Positions 49,302 to 59,232 of a stretch of 64,000 nt of DNA are shown here, piece by piece; the stretch's first letter is position 1; each line of letters starts with the position of its first letter. Source of the DNA: Alphaproteobacteria bacterium (GTDB taxonomy: Bacteria > Pseudomonadota > Alphaproteobacteria > Bin95); contig OZ219787.1 of NCBI GenBank assembly GCA_964291285.2, forward strand, positions 864,001 through 928,000, read 5' to 3'. Both the position numbers and the translations under genes were made by a program. The notes under the pieces are model-generated. The model saw only the letters and a list, made by a program, of their open reading frames with translations, was not told where the DNA came from and did not search any database.

Positions 49302-51707
49302 CTACAGCCCGACGCGCAGGCCGGCGAGGAGGATCGCCTCGGCGTCCCGGCCGGCGTCGTGGCCCGGCTCGCGGCTCAGCGCCGCGCCGATGCGCCAGGC
49401 CGCGCCGGGGGCGAGTGGCTGCGTCCAGTCGATGCCGAAATCGAGCTGCCGCCCGGACGGTTCGAGGCCGACCCGGACCCGCTCGCGCCGCACCGCCCCT
49501 TCCGGCGTCCGGCCGACGGGCAGCGAGAGGTCGAGGCGTCCGCTCTCGACCCTGAGCGGCTGTTGCAGCGAGAGCCGGAGCGACCCCCCGCCGAGCCCGC
49601 GCGCCGCCGTCATCGAAAAGGCGGTGCTGAAGGCGTCCCCGCCGCCGTCCGCCAGCAGCCCGCCTTCCGCTTCCGGCAGCGCGCGGCCCAGTTCGCCCGC
49701 CGCCTCGAAGCGCCAGCCGCCGGCCTCGAAGCCCGCCTCCGCGCGGACATAGTCGAGGCGGGAGGAGAGGGTGCCGAACGCGCCCTCCGCGCGCGCGCCG
49801 AGGAACGCTTCCGACTCCGCCATCCGGCCGAGGCCCATGCTCACCGGCCCGCCCGCCGGTCGCCAGGCGAGCGCGAGGCCGAGCGTCTCCGCCCCGGCCC
49901 GGCCTGCCCCCGCGAAGGCGGGGGTGGAGGCGAAGGCGGACAGCGCGACATCCCCGAACCGCGCCTCCGCCGAGGCCGGGCGGGCGGCGAGGCCCGTATG
50001 CGCCCCCTCGGGCGCGTCCATGTGGAACCGCAGCCCGTCGTCCCGCCCGGACGGGGCCGATGCGGCCATGTCGGCGAACCAGCGCGATAGCCGCAGCGCC
50101 GGGCCCGCCGCCTCTGCACGCCCGGCGAAGCCCGCCGCGTCGGTCCAGAAGGGCGCGCCCAGCTCGTCGAACAGCGCGATCCGCCGCCCGGCCAGGCTGC
50201 GCGAGAGCGCATCGCCGAGCGCGCGCCCCGCCAGCAGCCGGCTCCCCGCCGCCGGCGAACCGCCCCCGGCCACCCGGCTGCCGAGGGCGATGGTGGTGGC
50301 GCCCATGGGCACGGTCGCCGCGCCGAGGTCCATCAGGCCGCGCCCGAAGATGGAGGAAAGCTCGCAACGCCTCGGGTCGCCGTCGGTGTCGAGCCAGTCC
50401 GGGCATGTCCCGCCATGGGCGGCCACGGGGTCGGGCGTCACCCGTGCCGTCAGGTAGAGCCGCTCCAGCAATTCCTCGTTCGACACGCCGCGGAACCAAT
50501 GCTTCAACACCGCCAGCCCGCCGGTCACATGCGGGGCGGCGAAGGAGGTGCCCCGCGTTTCGCGGTAACCGCGCACATCGTCGCCCGTATCCGGGTCCAT
50601 GCCGAAATAGGCGGCGAGGTGCATCCAGTCGCCCGGCGCGGCGAGGCACCATTTCGCGGCGACGCCGCAGCGGTTGGAGAAGGAGGCGATGCGGCGGTTG
50701 CGGTCGGTCGCCACCACGGCCACGACATGGCTGCGCAGATCCTCCTCCAGCACCGGCAGGCCGGGGCCGATCGTCGGCGAGGTGGCGCGGATGCGGCCGT
50801 TGACGCAGTTCGGCTCCGAGGCCGCGCATTCGCGGCTGTTGGCGTTGCCGGCGGCGATCACCAGGACCGTCTTGCCGGTCGTCTTGGCCGTCTGCGCGAG
50901 GGTATCGACCGCCGTCCGGTAGCCGGAATGCCCGCTTTCGAGGTCCGCCTTCTCGTAGTTCTCCACCAGGCCGCTTATGCCGAAGCTCATGTTGACGAAA
51001 TCAACGCCGGACGGGAGGTCGGAAAACAGGTCCGCAAGCCGGACTATGTGCCGCGCCGCCCTTGCCGGTGAGGCTCCGACATAGCTCTGGCCGGGGGGCG
51101 GCGGGTCGCCGAGGGGTATGGACAGCATGTCGAGACGGTCTATGCCCCAGGCGACGCCGTGGAAGTTGAATCGGGCGCCATTGGACGAGGTGAACATGAG
51201 CGTGTTGTCGCGCTGCGCGGCGATGACGCTCGCCACCGGCGTGCCGTGGTCCCGGTTTCCGCAGCCGTCCACGGAGTGGCATATCTCGCGAACCGTGAGG
51301 CCGTCGAACTCCCAGTGGCCGTCTTCCTCGCCGTCGTTGGGGTCGTCGTCGATGTCGATGCCGTTGTCGATCACCGCGACATGCGCTTCCTTTCCGGGCG
51401 CCGGTGCTGTGACGCCCTCCCGCTCGGCCCGCTCGGCGATGCGGGCATAGGCGGTCGCCGCGCCGATCTGCGCCAGGCCCCACGCCGCCATGTAGTCGGA
51501 ATAGTCTTCATAGGGGGCGGCATGGCGCTGGAGCGCGGCCGGCCGCGGTAGGACCCTCGGCGCCACCGTCGCAGGACGGGGCGGGGCGGGGCTGACGTTG
51601 CCCCCGCCGCCGGTCGCGGAGAGGCCGCCACCGCCTCCTCCGCCGCCGCAACTGGCCGCCAGCGCGGCCAGACCGACCGCAACAGCCAAGCGTAATCCTG
51701 CTGCCAT
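49302..51707 (-). CDS. S8 subtilisin-like serine protease lipoprotein with probable C-terminal beta-barrel domain
   Basis: Lipobox LAASC plus poly-Gly; VAVIDNG, DHGTPVAS, AAGN, GTSFAAPHV; beta-rich C-terminus. Confidence 0.88.
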   Translation of the reverse strand: MAAGLRLAVAVGLAALAASCGGGGGGGGLSATGGGGNVSPAPPRPATVAPRVLPRPAALQRHAAPYEDYSDYMAAWGLAQIGAATAYARIAERAEREGVTAPAPGKEAHVAVIDNGIDIDDDPNDGEEDGHWEFDGLTVREICHSVDGCGNRDHGTPVASVIAAQRDNTLMFTSSNGARFNFHGVAWGIDRLDMLSIPLGDPPPPGQSYVGASPARAARHIVRLADLFSDLPSGVDFVNMSFGISGLVENYEKADLESGHSGYRTAVDTLAQTAKTTGKTVLVIAAGNANSRECAASEPNCVNGRIRATSPTIGPGLPVLEEDLRSHVVAVVATDRNRRIASFSNRCGVAAKWCLAAPGDWMHLAAYFGMDPDTGDDVRGYRETRGTSFAAPHVTGGLAVLKHWFRGVSNEELLERLYLTARVTPDPVAAHGGTCPDWLDTDGDPRRCELSSIFGRGLMDLGAATVPMGATTIALGSRVAGGGSPAAGSRLLAGRALGDALSRSLAGRRIALFDELGAPFWTDAAGFAGRAEAAGPALRLSRWFADMAASAPSGRDDGLRFHMDAPEGAHTGLAARPASAEARFGDVALSAFASTPAFAGAGRAGAETLGLALAWRPAGGPVSMGLGRMAESEAFLGARAEGAFGTLSSRLDYVRAEAGFEAGGWRFEAAGELGRALPEAEGGLLADGGGDAFSTAFSMTAARGLGGGSLRLSLQQPLRVESGRLDLSLPVGRTPEGAVRRERVRVGLEPSGRQLDFGIDWTQPLAPGAAWRIGAALSREPGHDAGRDAEAILLAGLRVGL

Positions 51708-51849
51708 GATCTACATATCGGACACCATCAACTATAGGCATCGTATTATCCGATAGGTGTTGGCAGCGCAATCTTTCCGCGCTTGCGCCCCGGCGCCGGG
51801 CGGGCCACGATGGCGGCCGGCCGGAACGGGAACAGCGAACGGGGGCTCC

Positions 51850-52899
51850 ATGCAGCTCGCAGCCAGACGCCACGATGTCGCCGACATGATGGCGGCGCAG
51901 GAGTTCTTCCACAGCCGGGGCTGGACCGACGGCCTGCCGGTGGTGCCGCCGACGGAGGAGACCGTCGAGGCCTGCCTGGAGTGGGCGGGTCTCGTGCCGG
52001 ACCATCTGGTCGGCGTGGAGCCGGTGCGGGCCCGCGCGATCACGGCCGAGAAGCTGGCGATCAACGCCGTCATGGCGGGCTGCCTGCCGATGCATTTCCC
52101 GGTCGTCGTCACCGCCTTCACGGCGATGCTGCAGGAGCCCTTCCTGCTGCACGGCGCCACCGCCAGCACCGGCGGCTGCGCCGTGCTGGTCGTCGTCAAC
52201 GGGCCGATTACGGCCGATATCGGCATGGACGCGACCTTCAATGCGCTCGCCTCCAGCGACCGGGCGTCGACGGCCATCGGCCGCAGCCTGCGCCTCTGCC
52301 TCATCAACCTGATGGATGTCCGCCCGGGCGCCATCGACCGCTCGGTGCTCGGCCATCCGGGCAAGATCAGCTATTGCCTCGCCGAGGACGAAGCCGGCTC
52401 GGAATGGCTGCCGCTCGCCGAGGAACGCGGCATGCCGGTGGGCGCCTCCAGCGTGACCGTCATGGCCGCCGGCGCGCCGCGCCAGCTGATGAACGAGTGG
52501 ACGACGGTTCCCGAGGAAATCCTCGACACCTTCGTCTCCGAGATACGCGCCAACATGCGCCACTATTCGATCTGGCCGGGCAACTACGCCATCGTCGTGC
52601 CGCCGCAATTGCGCGCCCATTTCCACGCCGCCGGCTGGTCCAAGGCCGATGTCCGCGCCTATGTCTTCGAGAAGGCCCGCATCCTGCGCTCGGAATGGGC
52701 GGACTGCGGCAAGGGCGCGGTGGTGCGCGACCGGGGCGGCTCGGAATATGCTGCGCTCTCCGCCCCGGAGGACCTGCTGGTGATCGCCGCGGGCGGCCCG
52801 GCCGGCGGCTTCGGCGCGGTCATCCCGCCCTGGCTCGGGCCCAAGAGCCGGGCGGTCACGGTTGCGATCGGCGCCTGCGTCGATTGCGAAATTCCATAA
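51850..52899 (+). CDS. Conserved protein of UGSC selenoprotein loci
   Basis: GWTDGLPVVPPT, EKLAINAVMAGC, HPGKISYCLAE; C-terminal CVDC. Confidence 0.8.
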   Translation: MQLAARRHDVADMMAAQEFFHSRGWTDGLPVVPPTEETVEACLEWAGLVPDHLVGVEPVRARAITAEKLAINAVMAGCLPMHFPVVVTAFTAMLQEPFLLHGATASTGGCAVLVVVNGPITADIGMDATFNALASSDRASTAIGRSLRLCLINLMDVRPGAIDRSVLGHPGKISYCLAEDEAGSEWLPLAEERGMPVGASSVTVMAAGAPRQLMNEWTTVPEEILDTFVSEIRANMRHYSIWPGNYAIVVPPQLRAHFHAAGWSKADVRAYVFEKARILRSEWADCGKGAVVRDRGGSEYAALSAPEDLLVIAAGGPAGGFGAVIPPWLGPKSRAVTVAIGACVDCEIP

Positions 52900-52931
52900 G
52901 TTCGCACGACACGAGGAGAGAGAAGCGAGCC

Positions 52932-53456
52932 ATGCAGATACTCGATCCGTCGCATGAGGAAGGGGCCGGGGGCTTTGCGCCTGCGGTCCGGCTTGCGGCG
53001 CTGGAAGGCGCGACCGTCGGGGTGATCTCGAACGGCAAGGAAGGCACCAAGGGCTTCTTCACCGCCTTCGAGCGGGTGCTCAGGGAGCAGTACGGCGTCG
53101 GCGAGGTCGTGCTGCGCACCAAGTCGAACTACAGCGCGCCTGCGGACGCGGGCCTGCTGGAGGAAGCGAAGAGCTGGGATGCGCTCGTCGCCGGCATTGG
53201 CGATTGAGGCAGCTGCTCGTCGTGCAGTTTGCATGACGCGGTTGCCGGAGAGCGCATCGGGGTGCCGTCGGCCGGCATCATGACGGAAACCTTCGTGAGC
53301 GCGGCGGCGCTGATGGCGCGCGTGCTCGGCGCGGAGGATTATCCCTTCGCCGTCATCGAACACCCGATCAGCAGCGCCGGCCGGGCGGCGCTCGCGGCCC
53401 GCGCTGAGCGCGCCGCCGCGGACTGCGCCCGGCTGCTCACGGGCGCAGACGGGTAG
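52932..53456 (+). CDS. UGSC family selenoprotein (Sec at codon 92)
   Basis: ...LVAGIGD-TGA(53205-53207)-GSCSSCSLHDAV continues in frame to TAG 53456; hairpin immediately downstream. Confidence 0.88.
53208..53247 (+). other. Bacterial SECIS-like hairpin
   Basis: GGCAGCTGC/GCGGTTGCC lower stem, GTCGTGCA/TGCATGAC upper stem, loop GTT. Confidence 0.75.
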
Positions 53457-53464
53457 AGTGCCGC

Positions 53465-54355
53465 TTGTTCTAAAATATTCAGAAATTATTCTCAAAATGC
53501 CTTGACATTACGCGGCCTCGCGACTAGATAGGCCGGGAGGAAGGCAGCGGCGTCCGCGCGGAGCCGCTTCCTCTCCCGGTTCGCGCCGGCGCGAAAATAC
53601 CCCTGAGAAACGGACGGGAAAGGTGCGCCCTGATTTCGGGGTCGCGCGCGCGGGCAATCAGGCGCGCGAACCGCGCCGGCGCCGACACGCGCCCGCACCC
53701 GCGCGCGATACGCGCGAAACAGGGTCCCGCCGCACCGGGCGAGCCGGCGGCGGGGAGAACGGAACGGAGCGGAACGAAATGCGACAGAGGAACGACAGGC
53801 AGGAGGCGGGCAGGCGGCGGCCGGGCGGACAGGATGGCCTCCCGGCCCTCAACCGTCACCCCGCCTTCGCGGGGGCAGGCCGTTGGGGGACGGTGGCGGT
53901 GCAGCCCCCACCCGTCGCCCCGGACCCCGATCCGGGGCCCGTCCCTGACACTCCCGGCCGGCACGGGCGGTCCGGCCCTGCTCCGACCGGCTGCGGCGGA
54001 CGCAAACGGTCAGGGATGGCCCCCCGCCTTCGCGGGAGTGACCCCCGCCGGTTCGCGGGGGCAGGCGGGGGCCGGGGTGACGGGGAGGGGTGAGGCGGAC
54101 CATGACAGAACATGACATTTCCGGCGGGCCGCATGACAAAACATGACATTCCATGACATCCACGGTGGAGAGGACGGTCCCGCCGCCCCGCGCAGGCGGG
54201 CGCGCAGGTGCGGGCGGGCGCGCATTATGCGCGGGCGGGGGACTCTCCTCCGGCAACGGGAGCGTCCGGGACCGTGGCTCGACCAAGGAGGCCGCGGTGC
54301 CTTGCGAACGACCGGAGCGGAGACCGGCCCCATGACAAAACATGACATTTCCGGG
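53465..54355 (+). repeat. Dispersed long intergenic repeat, copy C (most complete)
   Basis: TTGACA-17-TAGATA (53502-53530); core at 53654-53695; CATGAC decamers at 54101-54158 and 54331-54350. Confidence 0.72.
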
Positions 54356-54418
54356 GATGTGTCCCGGCGGCGGGTTTGCCGGCTTCCGGCCCCGCAGGGC
54401 GGCCGGGTCGGCGAGACC

Positions 54419-55678
54419 CTAAATCGCCCCTTCGCGGCGCAGACCGGCGATCTCTTCCTCCGGGAAGCCGAACTCCGCCAGCACCTCGTCGGTGTGCTCG
54501 CCGATGAGCGGCGGCGGGCGGTCGGTGCCGCGGCCCGTGTTCGCGCCGTGGAAGGCCAGGTCCACATAGGTGCCCTCGCCGCCGCCCAGCGCCTCCTGCC
54601 GCGCGACCGGCCGGAAGGTGCCGCGATGGGCAAGCTGGCCGTCCGTGCAGACCTGCGGCACGGAGGCCACCCGGCTCGCCGGCACGCCGGCCCCGGCGAG
54701 GCGCGCCTCCCAGGTGCCGGCGTCGGCCGCCGCCAGCGCCGCGACGAACTTCCCGCGGAGTGCGTCCGCGTTCTCGATCCGGTCCTGGAGTGTGGCGAAG
54801 CGCGGGTCGTCCGGGAGGTCCGTCAGGCCGAGCGTGCGGGCGAACGCGACGAACTGGCCCTGGGTGGGCGCGGCCACCATCAGGAAGCCGTCGCCGGTCG
54901 GGAAGGCGTCGGAGGTCGGGTTGTTGGTCTGCGACCTGTTGCCGTTCGGCAGGGGCTCCTGCCCGTTCACCTGCCAGAAGCTGATCGTCGGCGCCATGAT
55001 GCCGATTGCGGTGTCGAGCATGGAAAGGTCGAGATGGTCGCCCTCGCCGGTGCGCTCCCGGTGGTAGAGGGCGGTCGAGATGGCGAAACAGGCCTGCGTG
55101 GCGGTCGCCATGTCGGTCAGCCAGTATCCGGTCTTGAGCGGGTCGGCGCCGGCCGCCCCGGTGACCGCCATCATGCCCGACGCCGCCTGGATCGAGGGGT
55201 CGTAGGCGGCGGCGGGCGCGCGGGGGCCCGTTTGCCCGTATCCGGAGATGGAGCAGTAGACGAGACGCGGATTGACCTGGCGCAGCGCCTCGTAGCCGAG
55301 GCCCATGCGGTCCATCGTCCCGGCCTTGAAGTTCTGGACGAGGACATCCGCGGACGCCGCCAGCCGGCGCACGACCCCGCCCGCGCGGGGATGCTTGAGG
55401 TCGAGCGTGACGGACCGCTTGCCGGCGTTGACGGAGAGGAACAGCGTGGACATGGCATGGTCGAGGAGGCGCGGGTCCGTGGCGTGGCCGAGGCCGCGGC
55501 CCTGGTCGCCGCCGGCGCGGTTCTCGACCTTGACCACATCGGCGCCGAGCAGCGCCAGTTGCTGCGTGCAGTAAGGGCCGGCGAGCACCTGGGTGAAATC
55601 GATGATGCGCACCCCCTCGAGCGGCAGCCTCGCCGCTCCGCCCTGCGATTGCGCGGCGCCGTTCTCCTTCCCGGTCAT
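54419..55678 (-). CDS. CaiB/BaiF family III CoA transferase
   Basis: PLEGVRIIDFTQVLAGP, NAGKRSVTLDLK, SGYGQTGP, PPLIGEHT. Confidence 0.92.
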   Translation of the reverse strand: MTGKENGAAQSQGGAARLPLEGVRIIDFTQVLAGPYCTQQLALLGADVVKVENRAGGDQGRGLGHATDPRLLDHAMSTLFLSVNAGKRSVTLDLKHPRAGGVVRRLAASADVLVQNFKAGTMDRMGLGYEALRQVNPRLVYCSISGYGQTGPRAPAAAYDPSIQAASGMMAVTGAAGADPLKTGYWLTDMATATQACFAISTALYHRERTGEGDHLDLSMLDTAIGIMAPTISFWQVNGQEPLPNGNRSQTNNPTSDAFPTGDGFLMVAAPTQGQFVAFARTLGLTDLPDDPRFATLQDRIENADALRGKFVAALAAADAGTWEARLAGAGVPASRVASVPQVCTDGQLAHRGTFRPVARQEALGGGEGTYVDLAFHGANTGRGTDRPPPLIGEHTDEVLAEFGFPEEEIAGLRREGAI

Positions 55679-55749
55679 CCCGTTCCTCCCTTCGCTGCCG
55701 GAATCCGCTACATATACCCGTTCCATCCCCGAGAACGGAGACCCGGCCC

Positions 55750-56703
55750 GTGACAAGCGATCCCCAGACCCGGCCGCGCTATCTCGGCCTGCCGACCTTC
55801 ATGCGTCTGCCCTATGCCGAGGATGTGGGCGGGGCCGACATCGCCGTGCTCGGCGTGCCGTTCGACGGCGGGGTGAGCAACCGGCCGGGCGCCCGCCACG
55901 GGCCGCGCGCGATCCGCGACCTGTCGAGCATGGTCCGCAAGGTCAACCAGGCCACCGGGGCCGCCCCCTTCGACGCCGCCAGGATCGTGGACGGCGGCGA
56001 CATCTGGACCGAGCGGGTCTATCGGCTGGAGGACGCCCATGCCGACATAGAGGCGGGATTCGCCAGGGTGCGCGAGGCCGGCGCCGTGCCGCTCTCCGTC
56101 GGCGGCGACCATTCGATCAGCCTGCCGATCATGCGCGCGCTCTTCTCCGGCGGGCCGCCGGTCGGCATGGTCCATATCGACGCCCACTGCGACACGGCGG
56201 ACGACGACAAGGGCTCGCGCTTCCATCACGGCGCGCCGTTCAGCAGGGCGGTGGAGGAGGGATTGCTGGACCCGAAACGGACGGTGCAGATCGGCATTCG
56301 CGGCGCGCTCTTCGACCCCGACAGGTGGAAGTTCAGCTATGACGCCGGCATGAGGGTCGTACCGATGGAGGAGGTCTATGAGATCGGGCCCAAGGGCGCG
56401 GCCGCCATCGCCCATGAGGTCGTGGGCGGCGGCCCGACCTATCTGTCCTTCGATATCGACTGCCTGGACCCGGCCTTCGCGCCCGGCACCGGCACGCCGG
56501 AGATCGGCGGCTTCAGCACCGCCGAGGCGCTCGTCCTGCTGCGCCGGCTGGCGGGAATCGACTTCGTTGCGGGGGACCTTGTGGAGGTGTCGCCGCCCTT
56601 CGATTCCGCCGGCATCACCGCGCTTGCCGGCGCTAATATCCTCTTCGAGATCCTCTGCCTGCTGACGGCTTCGCTCGACGCCCGGCGCAAGGCGGCGGAC
56701 TGA
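55750..56703 (+). CDS. speB: Agmatinase / ureohydrolase
   Basis: GGDHSI, DAHCD, HHG, SFDIDCLDP, PGTGTP. Confidence 0.85.
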   Translation: MTSDPQTRPRYLGLPTFMRLPYAEDVGGADIAVLGVPFDGGVSNRPGARHGPRAIRDLSSMVRKVNQATGAAPFDAARIVDGGDIWTERVYRLEDAHADIEAGFARVREAGAVPLSVGGDHSISLPIMRALFSGGPPVGMVHIDAHCDTADDDKGSRFHHGAPFSRAVEEGLLDPKRTVQIGIRGALFDPDRWKFSYDAGMRVVPMEEVYEIGPKGAAAIAHEVVGGGPTYLSFDIDCLDPAFAPGTGTPEIGGFSTAEALVLLRRLAGIDFVAGDLVEVSPPFDSAGITALAGANILFEILCLLTASLDARRKAAD

Positions 56704-56713
56704 GGCGGGGCGC

Positions 56714-57481
56714 ATGGGCGGCGGAAGGTTCGAGGGGCGCACGGCCCTGGTGACGGGCGGGTCGCGCGGCATCGGCCGGGCGATCTGCGTCCAGCTTGCG
56801 CGCGAGGGCGCGTGGGTTGCGGTCAACTATGCGGAGAGCGGCGATGCCGCCGCCGAGACGCTCGACCTGATGAGGGCCGCAGGCGGGGAGGGCGGCGTCT
56901 TCCAGGCCGATGTCGCTTCGTGGGACGCCACCTCCGCCATGTTCGACGCCATCGAGGCCGCGCGCGGGCCGGTGGACCTGCTGGTGGCGAATGCGGGCGC
57001 GGCGTCCTTCCAGGACGATGCGAACATGCCGCTGGAGCTCTGGCGGCGGATCCTCTCGGTCAATATCGACGGCGCCTTCCACTGCGTCTGGCGGGCCAAG
57101 GAGGCCATGCAGGCGCGGGGGGACGGCCGCATCGTCTGCATCTCCTCGATCCAGGGCCTGGCGCCCAGCCGCATCCGGCGCGACCGGCTGATCGCCTACG
57201 GCACGTCGAAATCGGCGGTGATCGGGTTCTCGCGGAACTGCGCCGTCGCGTTCGGGCCGGAAATCCGGGTGAACTGCGTGGCGCCGGGCCTGATCGACAC
57301 GGACATGACGAAGGACATGAGCGACGAGATGCGCGCGCGCATCGTCGGCGAGACGCCCGCCGGGCGCACCGGCACGCCGGAGGATGTCGCCGAGTTGACC
57401 TGCTTCCTGCTGAGCGACGCCGCCGGCTTCATCACCGGCCAGACCTGCGTCACCTCCGGCGGCCTCGTGACGCTGCCTTAG
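56714..57481 (+). CDS. SDR family oxidoreductase
   Basis: TGGSRGIG, NAG, YGTSK, PGLIDT. Confidence 0.92.
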   Translation: MGGGRFEGRTALVTGGSRGIGRAICVQLAREGAWVAVNYAESGDAAAETLDLMRAAGGEGGVFQADVASWDATSAMFDAIEAARGPVDLLVANAGAASFQDDANMPLELWRRILSVNIDGAFHCVWRAKEAMQARGDGRIVCISSIQGLAPSRIRRDRLIAYGTSKSAVIGFSRNCAVAFGPEIRVNCVAPGLIDTDMTKDMSDEMRARIVGETPAGRTGTPEDVAELTCFLLSDAAGFITGQTCVTSGGLVTLP

Positions 57482-57522
57482 TCCGGGCTTCTCCAGAAGT
57501 GCGTTCGGGACGGGAATCCGGG

Positions 57523-59232
57523 ATGAGGCGGCGGCCCGAAGAGCGGCCCGGCGTACCGCTGCGCGCTCCCGACCGCGTGATGCGGCTGCAACGGATGGGG
57601 GCGTCCTTCCAGACGAGGCTGAGCTTCATGCGCCAGCTGATCCGCCGGATGCGCAGGGAAAAGTGGCGGCTGGAACGGTTGCGCTTCGAGCTCGATGCCG
57701 ACGGGCTGGGCGCCGCCGTCTATGCGGCGCACACCCCGGCGCGGACCTATTGCCTGGTCGCGTTCACGCACGGGATCGGCGCGGAAGAGCGCACCGACCG
57801 GGTCATTGCGGAAGCCTGGGACGCGACCTTCTCGCTCTTCGACGGCGTGCCGGACGCCCCGGATATCGACCGCCTGCGCGAGAATACCCCGAGACAGGAA
57901 GCCGGGCGTTTCAGAACCAGCGAGCTGACGCTGGCGCGGGCGAACAAGAGCATGCGGCTGTTCGGGCATGCGGTCGAAAGCCTGGCCGCCGGCAGGCAGC
58001 CCGATGCCGACCGGCTTGCCGAAGTCGGCTACCTGATGCGCACGACGGCCGTTTACGGCAGCGGCAAGTTCGGCTGCGCCGACCGCGAAAAGATTGCGGA
58101 CCGGCCGGAAATGCACAGCCCGTTCCAGGCCGAATTGCTCACCGTTTACCTCATCCGGTGGATGAGCCTCGATCTGGTCAACCATCTGGCGCAATGCCGG
58201 GGCGGCGCCGGGAGCGCGAAGCTGGCCCCGGACTATGCCCGCTATCTGGGTATCGGCAACGCCACCGGGCTCGGAATGGCGCCTTTCCTCATCAGGTATC
58301 CCGTCCTCGTCAACAATTGGGTCCTGGCGCGGGAGACCGCCTTGGCGCGGGTGCGCGCCCTGCCCTCCGCAGACGCCGGGGAGGCCGCCGGGTTCATGGC
58401 TCTTCTGGCCCGCGCCCGGCGCCATGTCGGCGAGTGGAACGTGGAGGACGAGCCGCAGACCGCGCGCATCCGGCGTTTGCAGGCCGATCTCGGCGAATTG
58501 GCGCGGTGGTGTCCGGCCGGGCTCGCCGGTCGCTGTCCCTGGGATTCCCTGTACCGCTTTGCGGAGGCGAATTTCTCCCTCGAGGGGCAGGAATTCACCG
58601 TGTCGCTGCTGCTGGAGGGGCATGGCCCGGTCGTTGACGATCTCGGCGAGGAGATGAGCGCCCCGGCGCCCTCCCGGCTGAGGCCGGACATGCCGCTGGG
58701 CGAGCTCCGGCGCCTTGTCGAGGCCCATTACGGCTGGGCCCTGGCCGAGGACTACACGCGGCGCGAAGCGGTGGAGCGCTTCTGGTACTATTCCGAGGAA
58801 AAGCTCGAACCCCGCGTCGGCAATCGCCACAGCGAGCCCGGTGCGGAGTTCGAAATGCCGGTCGCGGTCGCCCGGGACATAAGCCGGCTGAAGGCGCTCC
58901 TTCTGGAATGCGAAGAATCGCGGACGGTCGCCGACTTCCTCGCGGAGTGGCCGGAATACCGCAATATCGTGTGGCGGGTGCAGACGGCCGCTCGATGCCC
59001 CTATGGCGAAATCCGCGACAACCTGATCGGGGCTGACCGGCGCCTCGTCGATATCCTGCGCTTCAAGCTGGCTTTTTTCGGCGTTTCCCAATTCGATCCG
59101 AAGTCGGACCTGTGGACGCGCGTGAACATGTATCAGGGCGCGCCGCTGCCGGACGACATCGCCGACGGGAACGGCGAGGCGTGGGCGTTCCCGACCCGGC
59201 CCGGGGACGTTTCCTTCGAGGCGGGGCCATGA
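57523..59232 (+). CDS. Conserved hypothetical protein
   Basis: Long ORF with natural codon use (RTDRVIAEAWD, YLMRTTAVYGSGKFG, GIGNATGLGMAPF, FWYYSEEKLEPR); coupled to the next gene. Confidence 0.75.
   Translation: MRRRPEERPGVPLRAPDRVMRLQRMGASFQTRLSFMRQLIRRMRREKWRLERLRFELDADGLGAAVYAAHTPARTYCLVAFTHGIGAEERTDRVIAEAWDATFSLFDGVPDAPDIDRLRENTPRQEAGRFRTSELTLARANKSMRLFGHAVESLAAGRQPDADRLAEVGYLMRTTAVYGSGKFGCADREKIADRPEMHSPFQAELLTVYLIRWMSLDLVNHLAQCRGGAGSAKLAPDYARYLGIGNATGLGMAPFLIRYPVLVNNWVLARETALARVRALPSADAGEAAGFMALLARARRHVGEWNVEDEPQTARIRRLQADLGELARWCPAGLAGRCPWDSLYRFAEANFSLEGQEFTVSLLLEGHGPVVDDLGEEMSAPAPSRLRPDMPLGELRRLVEAHYGWALAEDYTRREAVERFWYYSEEKLEPRVGNRHSEPGAEFEMPVAVARDISRLKALLLECEESRTVADFLAEWPEYRNIVWRVQTAARCPYGEIRDNLIGADRRLVDILRFKLAFFGVSQFDPKSDLWTRVNMYQGAPLPDDIADGNGEAWAFPTRPGDVSFEAGP

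Noticed and set aside
53465-53490. Alphaproteobacterial LexA box (GTTC-N7-GTTC) upstream of repeat copies
   Set aside because: Only one GTTC half-site is present in each copy; the second half does not match.
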